Below, piece after piece: positions 57,191 through 64,000 of a stretch of DNA of 64,000 nt. The stretch is from Aliarcobacter sp. (GTDB lineage Bacteria; Campylobacterota; Campylobacteria; Campylobacterales; Arcobacteraceae): positions 880 to 64,879 of the forward strand of contig JAQUIV010000001.1 in the NCBI GenBank assembly GCA_028681275.1, given 5' to 3'. The first letter of the stretch is position 1, and each line of letters opens with the position of its first letter. Both the position numbers and the translations under genes were made by a program. Below the pieces are notes generated by a model. It did no database searches, was not told where the DNA came from, and worked only from the letters and a program-made list of their open reading frames with translations.

Positions 57191-57300
57191 GCTTAATTGT
57201 AACGAAAATTTACTAAATTAAGTTATATCTCAATTAGTTTAAGTCACTTTGAGGTAAAATAAACGTAATTTAATAAATAATTAAGAAAAAAAGGAAATTA

Positions 57301-59109
57301 TTGGAACCTATTGGTATATTAAAAGATGGTCAAATCTACGACCTTCAAACAGCTGTTGCTCTGAATATCCAAGGAGATGAGATTAAAGCTGATGATTCTA
57401 AAGAATCTTTAGATATTTTAAGACACTCTTGTGCGCACATGATGGCACAAGCTATCAAAGAACTTTATCCTGAAGCAAAATTCTTCGTTGGACCTGTTGT
57501 AAAAGAAGGTTTTTACTATGATTTTAAAGTAGAAAGTAAAATCTCAGATGAAGATTTACCTACAATTGAAAAAAAGATGAAAGAAATCGCAGATAGAAAA
57601 CTACCTATTACTAGACATGAAACTACAAAAGAAGAGTTTTATGAAAAATTCAAAAATGATGAATTAAAACAAGCTGTTCTGAAAAATATCAAAGATGATA
57701 CCTTAACAATTTATAAACAAGGTGATTTTGAAGACTTATGTAGAGGTCCTCACTTACCAAATACTAGAATGATTAGAAGTTTCAAATTAACAAGAGTTGC
57801 TGGTGCATATCTTGGTGGTGATGAAAAAAATGAAATGATTACTAGAATTTATGGTATTGCATTTTTTGATAAACAAGCACTATTTGATTATACAAGAATG
57901 ATTGAAGAAGCTAAAAAAAGAGACCATAGAAAATTAGGAACTGAACTTGAACTTTTCACATTTAATGACGATGTGGGAGCAGGTCTTCCTATGTGGTTGC
58001 CAAATGGTGCAAGACTTAGAAGTAAACTTGAACATCTTTTATATAAAGCTCACAGAGTTAGAGGTTATGAACCAGTAAGAGGACCTGAAATCTTAAAAGC
58101 AGAAATGTGGAAAATCTCAGGACATTATGCAAACTATAAAGAAAATATGTATTTCACTACTATTGATGAACAAGAGTATGGAATCAAGCCAATGAACTGC
58201 GTTGGACATATTCAAATCTTTAAAAACAATTTAGTTTCATATAAAGACTTACCAAAAAAACTTTTTGAATATGGTGTTGTTCATAGACATGAAATGTCAG
58301 GAGCAATGCATGGATTATTTAGAGTTAGAGAATTTACACAAGATGATTCACATATCTTTTGTACACAAGACCAAATAAAAGAAGTAATTTTTGAAGTATT
58401 AGAGTTTGTTGATTCATTACTTAAAATGTTTGATTTCAAATATGAGATTGAAGTTTCTACAAAACCTGAAAAAGCAATTGGTGATGATATTTTCTGGGAA
58501 AAAACAACTGCTGGTATCATGGATGCTTTAAATGAAAAAAATATTGAATATGGAATTGATGAAGGTGGAGGAGCATTTTATGGTCCAAAAATCGACATTA
58601 AAATCCTAGATGCAATTGGTAGAAAATGGCAATGTGGAACTGTTCAAGTAGATATGAATTTACCATCAAGATTTAATGCTGAGTTTATCAATGACAAAGG
58701 TGAAAAAGAACAACCAGTTATGATTCACAGAGCAATTCTTGGTTCATTTGAGAGATTCATAGGAATTTTAACTGAGCATTGTGCTGGAGAATTTCCATTT
58801 GTTATTGCACCAACTCAAGTTATTTTTGTTCCAATTGCAGATTCTCATCTTGAATATGCAAAAGAGTTACAAAGAGATTTAGTAGAAGATGGTATGGATT
58901 CTAAAATCTTTAATATGAACGAAAGTTTAAATAAAAGAATTAGAATGGCAGAAAAAGAGAGAGTTCCAATGATAGTTGTTATTGGAGATGAAGAAGTTGC
59001 TAATAAATCTGTTGCATTAAGAAATAGAAGAACTAGAGAACAATCAAACATGAGCAAAGATGAGTTTATATCAATGCTAAATGAAATAATAAGCGGGAGC
59101 AAAATTTGA
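57301..59109 (+). CDS. thrS: Threonine-tRNA ligase
   Basis: [37 protein letters not shown]. Confidence 0.98.
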   Translation: MEPIGILKDGQIYDLQTAVALNIQGDEIKADDSKESLDILRHSCAHMMAQAIKELYPEAKFFVGPVVKEGFYYDFKVESKISDEDLPTIEKKMKEIADRKLPITRHETTKEEFYEKFKNDELKQAVLKNIKDDTLTIYKQGDFEDLCRGPHLPNTRMIRSFKLTRVAGAYLGGDEKNEMITRIYGIAFFDKQALFDYTRMIEEAKKRDHRKLGTELELFTFNDDVGAGLPMWLPNGARLRSKLEHLLYKAHRVRGYEPVRGPEILKAEMWKISGHYANYKENMYFTTIDEQEYGIKPMNCVGHIQIFKNNLVSYKDLPKKLFEYGVVHRHEMSGAMHGLFRVREFTQDDSHIFCTQDQIKEVIFEVLEFVDSLLKMFDFKYEIEVSTKPEKAIGDDIFWEKTTAGIMDALNEKNIEYGIDEGGGAFYGPKIDIKILDAIGRKWQCGTVQVDMNLPSRFNAEFINDKGEKEQPVMIHRAILGSFERFIGILTEHCAGEFPFVIAPTQVIFVPIADSHLEYAKELQRDLVEDGMDSKIFNMNESLNKRIRMAEKERVPMIVVIGDEEVANKSVALRNRRTREQSNMSKDEFISMLNEIISGSKI

Positions 59110-59630
59110 GTAAAGACAAAAGAAAAGACGATGTAATCATGAATGAAATGATTACAGTAAAAGAAGTGAGATGTACAGGTGATGATGGTACTAATTATGG
59201 AATAATAAGTACAGCTGAAGCGCTTCAAACTGCTGATAGTTTAGGTTTAGACTTAGTATTAATTGCTCCTGATGGAAAACCTCCAGTTGCAAAAATCATG
59301 GATTATGGTAAATTTAGATACCAACAAGAGAAAAAGAAAAAAGAAGCTAAGAAAAATCAAAAAGTTATCGTAATTAAAGAGATTAAATTATCTGTTAAAA
59401 TTGCTGAAAATGATATTAGCTATAAAGTTAAACATGCAAGAGAATTCATTGAAGAAGGAAATCATGTTAAATTTAGAGTTTTCCTAAAAGGTAGAGAAAT
59501 GGCTAATCCACAATCAGGTATTGATGTTTTAAATAAAATCTGGCCAATGATTGAAGATATTGCAGTTATGGATAAAGAACCAAAACTAGAGGGAAGATAC
59601 GTTAATATGATGGCTCTTCCAAAAAACTAA
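59106..59630 (+). CDS. infC: Translation initiation factor IF-3
   Basis: [17 protein letters not shown]. Confidence 0.97.
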   Translation: MSKDKRKDDVIMNEMITVKEVRCTGDDGTNYGIISTAEALQTADSLGLDLVLIAPDGKPPVAKIMDYGKFRYQQEKKKKEAKKNQKVIVIKEIKLSVKIAENDISYKVKHAREFIEEGNHVKFRVFLKGREMANPQSGIDVLNKIWPMIEDIAVMDKEPKLEGRYVNMMALPKN

Positions 59631-59778
59631 TTAAATTTTACTCCAAATTAAAAGAAGAGTTTTACTCTTCTTTTGCTCCAAAATAATCTAATTTTAAACT
59701 TATAATAAGTAAATCTTAAGTATAATCCAAAACTTTTTCATGTATGTGAAAACGCAAATTTATAAGGAGGATTCTTCA

Positions 59779-59976
59779 ATGCCAAAAATGAAAAGTGTTA
59801 GTGGCGCTTTAAAAAGATTTAAAGTGAAGAAAAACGGGTCAATTAAAAGAGGTTCTGCTTTTAGAAGCCACATCTTAACAAAAATGACTCAAAAAAGAAA
59901 AAGAAATCTACGAGGACCAAAAACTGTTCATAAAACAGATGCTGGTAGAATACTTGTAGCATTATGTAAAGCGTAA
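59779..59976 (+). CDS. rpmI: 50S ribosomal protein L35
   Basis: MPKMKS...KRF...SHILTK; AGGAGG RBS. Confidence 0.96.
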   Translation: MPKMKSVSGALKRFKVKKNGSIKRGSAFRSHILTKMTQKRKRNLRGPKTVHKTDAGRILVALCKA

Positions 59977-60079
59977 TTACTTAAAATTTAAGTAGTTTTT
60001 GTCCCTCCATCAAACGATGGAAAAGTTCAGCAATTTGCTGACACCTTATTAGAAATAATGGTTAAGAAAGGAAATATAT

Positions 60080-60436
60080 ATGCCTAGAGTTAAAACTGGT
60101 GTTGTAAGAAGAAGAAGACATAAAAAAGTATTAAAAGCTGCTAGAGGTTTCTTTAGTGGTAGAAGAAAACACTTTAGAAAAGCTAAAGAGCAATTAGAAA
60201 GATCTTTAGTTTATGCTTTCAGAGATAGAAGACAGAAAAAAAGAGACATAAGAAAATTATGGATTATAAGAATCAATGCAGCTTGTAGATTAAATGATAT
60301 TAACTACTCAAGATTCATGAACGGATTAAAATTATCTGGTTTAGATTTTGATAGAAAAATCTTAGCTGATATGGCTATGAATGATTCTGCTGCATTTGCA
60401 TCTTTAGTAGTAACTGCTAAATCTGCACTAAAATAA
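60080..60436 (+). CDS. rplT: 50S ribosomal protein L20
   Basis: [16 protein letters not shown]. Confidence 0.98.
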   Translation: MPRVKTGVVRRRRHKKVLKAARGFFSGRRKHFRKAKEQLERSLVYAFRDRRQKKRDIRKLWIIRINAACRLNDINYSRFMNGLKLSGLDFDRKILADMAMNDSAAFASLVVTAKSALK

Positions 60437-60451
60437 ATTTGCACAAACACT

Positions 60452-60489
60452 AAAAAAGGGTTAGAAGATTTTCTTCTAACCCTTTTTTT
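60452..60489. terminator. Bidirectional intrinsic terminator
   Basis: AAAAAAGGGTTAGAAGA-TTT-TCTTCTAACCCTTTTTT. Confidence 0.85.
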
Positions 60490-60506
60490 ATGCCTTTATC
60501 AAAAAA

Positions 60507-61700
60507 TTATAATAAAGGCTCATTTACATCAATTTTACAATTATTATCTTTACAAACAATATTTGCATCCAAATAATAAATTTCTGACATATCAACTTTT
60601 GCATCTTTTAATTTAGACCAAGCTTCAATTGCTCTTCCACCTGTTGTACAATTAAACACAATAGTTTTATTTTTTGGTAATTTTTCTAATAACTCTTTTG
60701 CATTTAATTTAGAAGCTTCAATATTTATTGCACCTTTAATATATCCATTTTTAAACTCATTTGGAGCAGTAACATCAACTATTTGAATATAAGATGGAAC
60801 TTTGTCTTCTAAAATTGCTTTTTTTAGCCATTCTCCATCAACACTTCCATCATCACTTCCAAGTTTTAAACCATTTTTACTAAATTGCTCTTTTTTAACA
60901 ACTTTTTTTTCTTCAGTTATACTTTTTGAAGATGCTGTCGTAGCTAATCCAGCTTCTTTCCAAGCAGGAAGCCCACCTGCATAAACTGTAACATCTTTAT
61001 AATCTAATGAAACTAATTTATTTGCAATTATATGTGATTTTTCACAAGTATATCCACCACAAAATATAACTATTTTCTCAGTTTTATCAATTGGAAATCT
61101 TCCTACTAATTTTAGTAAATTTGTATCAGGAATAGAGATAGCTCCAGGAATTGTCTCTTGTAAATATTTAGGATAAGGTCTAGCATCAACAATAAAAGCT
61201 GAATTATTTTCTTGAAATACTTTTATAACTGAAGTATCAATTTCAAGATAACTAAGTTTATTCCACTCAGGTTCACCTGCTGAATAAACTTTTACATTTG
61301 TATGACCTTTTTCTTTTAATTTTTGTGCAACAATTGGACTTTTAGTACAATTATATCCCCCACAATAAACTATAAGTTCTTTATCCATTGGAATATCTTT
61401 TAATACAGAATAATATTCATCAAATTTTGTATCTGGAATATTTAAACTTGAAGGAATCGTTCCTTTTTGATATTTTATTTCAGGTCTAGCATCTATTAGA
61501 ACTGCATTTACACCATTTCTATTACCTTGATTTATAGCTTTTTTTACATAATTAAAATCTACTTGTTCTAATTGGTATTTTTTAACTAATTCCAAAACAA
61601 CTTCAGTTGGTGCTGAAAGATTTTCCACTTCTACTGAAAAACTTAACATTCCCGTTAAAAGAAAACTTGATACGATTAAACTCTTAAATCTTTTGTTCAT
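60507..61700 (-). CDS. Exported multi-rhodanese-domain sulfurtransferase
   Basis: Three rhodanese domains (YCGGYNC, FCGGYTC, NCTTGGR); signal peptide. Confidence 0.88.
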   Translation of the reverse strand: MNKRFKSLIVSSFLLTGMLSFSVEVENLSAPTEVVLELVKKYQLEQVDFNYVKKAINQGNRNGVNAVLIDARPEIKYQKGTIPSSLNIPDTKFDEYYSVLKDIPMDKELIVYCGGYNCTKSPIVAQKLKEKGHTNVKVYSAGEPEWNKLSYLEIDTSVIKVFQENNSAFIVDARPYPKYLQETIPGAISIPDTNLLKLVGRFPIDKTEKIVIFCGGYTCEKSHIIANKLVSLDYKDVTVYAGGLPAWKEAGLATTASSKSITEEKKVVKKEQFSKNGLKLGSDDGSVDGEWLKKAILEDKVPSYIQIVDVTAPNEFKNGYIKGAINIEASKLNAKELLEKLPKNKTIVFNCTTGGRAIEAWSKLKDAKVDMSEIYYLDANIVCKDNNCKIDVNEPLL

Positions 61701-61921
61701 TTTGAATTCCTTTTAAATAATTTAATTAAAAATCTTGGTATTAAAACTAGTACATATACAATAAATGTAAAAATAAGAGGATGAAATCCTCCCAAACCAT
61801 AAGCTCCAGATTTTGATAAATCAAAAATGTGCTTAATTGGATGAGTTAATAATTCATCATAATGCATAATTATTGTCAAAATCATTAAAATGCTTATAAT
61901 AATTAATAACTCTTTTTTCAT
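61697..61921 (-). CDS. Small membrane protein
   Basis: Two TM helices, operon context. Confidence 0.7.
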   Translation of the reverse strand: MKKELLIIISILMILTIIMHYDELLTHPIKHIFDLSKSGAYGLGGFHPLIFTFIVYVLVLIPRFLIKLFKRNSK

Positions 61922-61930
61922 TTAAATTTC

Positions 61931-63415
61931 TTAAGCTTTACCGCTTAACATTCCATATTGAGTCATTGGTTTAAGTAAATAAACTTTTAATAACCACCAA
62001 ATATATCTCTCTTGTGTGGGATCAAGTGGAAAAGATGGTGTAGGTTTTGATGTCCAATCAAACTCTGCTAACATAACTTTTCCAATATCTGTAATTAATG
62101 GACAAACTGTATAACCAGCATATTTAGAAGTTGGTTCTTTACCTTCCATAACAGCAATTAAATTATCTACTAATACTTTATATTGTTTTCTAACACTTCC
62201 ACCTGTTTTTCCCATAGGAACAGCGGCAATATCACCTAATGAAAAAATATTTTTATATTTAACATGTTGTAAAGTCTCTTTATCAACTGGAACCCAACCT
62301 TTAGCTGAACCAATAGCAGATTTTCCAATTTCATCTGGAGCTTTTTGAGGAGGAGTGATATGAAGGAAATCAAATGGAACTTCTACATTTTGATGTTTTG
62401 TAATTGTTTCATACTCTTCTAAATCTTTATCATAAGCACCTTTTTCTTGCCAATGTTTATCAAATATTGCAATCTTTTTCGTAAGGTCAACCCCAGTTAA
62501 ATTATGATTAAAATTCCACTTCATATCTCTTGCAATAAATTGTTTTTCAATAGCATCTGCATACTCTTTTACACCAAATAATTTCCCAGAATCTGCGTAA
62601 AAAGTTAACTCAGCATTTGCTCTTGCATTTGCTTCATTTAATCTAGCATTTGTAAGATACATAACTTTTTTTGGTGCTCCACCGCATTTAATTGCAGTAT
62701 TTGGATCTGTAAATATACCTTTTACTTTTTGTCCATTTTTTGCTTTTTCAATGAATTTCTGCATTTGTGTCCACATAGCAACAGCTGAATCAATATTATA
62801 AACAGATGTAGCTCCTGTATCTGCGAATACTTTTAATATTTTAGATGCATCACCAGCACTATAAGCATTTCCTATTTCTTCCAAACCTTTAATTGAACCA
62901 TAATCTAAAGCTATTCCTGCTGCAACAATTAAAAAATCATAAGTTATTGTTTCTCCTGATTCTAATGCAACTTTATTTGCCTCAGGATTAAAATCCACTG
63001 CTCTATCTTTTAAAAGTGTAACTCCACTTGGCAAAAAGTCTTTTGTATCGTAATCAACATCTGCTTTTGTATAAAGTCCTGATCCTATTAATGTTGTACC
63101 TGGCTGATAAGCGACAGATTTTGGATTTGGTTCTACAATTGTAATATCAGGATTAGATAAAGCATTTACTAATCTTGCAGCTGTTGAAATACCTGCTAAT
63201 CCTCCTCCAATAATCAAAATCTTTCCACTTACTTCACTAGCTTTTAATTCCGTAGAAGCGTGAGATTCAGAACTTCCTCCCATTAAATAAGCAGCTGAAC
63301 CTAGTCCTGCTAATTTGAACGCCTCTCTTCTTGAAATTCCAGCTTTTTTTATTTCAGAATCAACTAATTCTAAGGCTTTGTCTAGTTCATTTTTTGCCAT
63401 TTTAATTTCCTTCAT
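61931..63415 (-). CDS. Tat-exported FAD-dependent sulfide:quinone oxidoreductase-like protein
   Basis: SRREAFK Tat motif, IGGGLAG, KCGGAPKK, GYTVCP. Confidence 0.85.
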   Translation of the reverse strand: MKEIKMAKNELDKALELVDSEIKKAGISRREAFKLAGLGSAAYLMGGSSESHASTELKASEVSGKILIIGGGLAGISTAARLVNALSNPDITIVEPNPKSVAYQPGTTLIGSGLYTKADVDYDTKDFLPSGVTLLKDRAVDFNPEANKVALESGETITYDFLIVAAGIALDYGSIKGLEEIGNAYSAGDASKILKVFADTGATSVYNIDSAVAMWTQMQKFIEKAKNGQKVKGIFTDPNTAIKCGGAPKKVMYLTNARLNEANARANAELTFYADSGKLFGVKEYADAIEKQFIARDMKWNFNHNLTGVDLTKKIAIFDKHWQEKGAYDKDLEEYETITKHQNVEVPFDFLHITPPQKAPDEIGKSAIGSAKGWVPVDKETLQHVKYKNIFSLGDIAAVPMGKTGGSVRKQYKVLVDNLIAVMEGKEPTSKYAGYTVCPLITDIGKVMLAEFDWTSKPTPSFPLDPTQERYIWWLLKVYLLKPMTQYGMLSGKA

Positions 63416-63490
63416 TTTAATAATAAATATAAGATAAGGATAACAAAAAAGAGATAATACTTGACTTATGAAAAATATATCTAAATTATT

Positions 63491-64000
63491 TTAAGAATTA
63501 TTAGTTTTATTTATATAATTCAAAGATTCAAGATACTCATCTTTATTATTTAAATTCATAAACTCACTATTTTTATGGAATTTAATTATGTTATATTTAT
63601 TATTTTTTATCAAATAATTTATTTTATGAATATCATTTATAATCATATTTTTAATAGTTAAACTTATATTTGATGAGAAAACTCCACATAAATTATGAGT
63701 TTTTTCAGTTTGCGCAATACAAATATCATAATTCTCTGATTCTTCTATTAGTTTTGAAATTGATTCTATTGTCACAAATGGTGTATCAACAGTGATTATA
63801 AAAATTTTCTGATTTTTAAATTTATCAAAAATAGTATCTAAAGCTAATATTGGAGAAAAAACATCTTTATTTTCATCCAAAATCAGGCATTTTTCTTCTA
63901 TAAAATCAAATTTATTAGTTTTTGAAGAGATATAAATATTTTTAAAATATGGTTTTAATCTATTGTATTGGTACTCTATTAGAGTTTTTGAAGAGGAAAA
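63491..64000 (-). CDS. mobA: Molybdenum cofactor guanylyltransferase (5'-truncated)
   Basis: Frame open to window edge (LIEYQYNRL); ITVDTPF, HNLCG, FMNLN. Confidence 0.8.
   Translation of the reverse strand, partial: FSSSKTLIEYQYNRLKPYFKNIYISSKTNKFDFIEEKCLILDENKDVFSPILALDTIFDKFKNQKIFIITVDTPFVTIESISKLIEESENYDICIAQTEKTHNLCGVFSSNISLTIKNMIINDIHKINYLIKNNKYNIIKFHKNSEFMNLNNKDEYLESLNYINKTNNS

Noticed and set aside
59977-60079. Small hairpins between rpmI and rplT as an L20 leader RNA
   Set aside because: Two short stems only; cannot support a family assignment without a covariance search.

Overview
AT-rich Campylobacterota DNA, most likely Arcobacteraceae (inferred from host gene content and promoter style). 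Bases 1 to ~44,400 are the right-hand part of a temperate, podovirus-like prophage; its left end lies outside the window. It is integrated at the 3' end of tRNA-Leu(TAG), the last gene of a Pro-His-Arg-Leu tRNA operon. The rest (44.9-64 kb) is ordinary chromosome: thiG, nnr, tsaD, dxr, cdsA, traT-like, NFACT, thrS-infC-rpmI-rplT, rhodanese/SQR-like genes and partial mobA. The prophage carries an unusually readable cis-regulatory layer. (1) About 10 dispersed 14-bp palindromes TTTCGCYAGCGAAA, none seen in host DNA, accompany a parA-parB-ardC operon (a KorB/parS-like system in an integrated phage). (2) A TACGGATTAACGCAA operator is repeated 9 times at five loci. (3) An identical promoter motif, TTAC7T5ATA-15 bp-TAAAAT, precedes three physically separated virion operons, with a tandem ribbon-helix-helix gene as candidate activator. 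(4) Two inverted XRE-Rha antirepressor cassettes share a 673-bp near-identical repeat around a 20-kb potentially invertible segment. (5) A 900-bp non-coding core holds 27-bp inverted repeats and internal copies of the att-proximal arm repeats. Cargo includes a Rap1a-like T6SS immunity moron and a polyvalent injected protein. All product calls come from motif recognition by eye; no searches were run.
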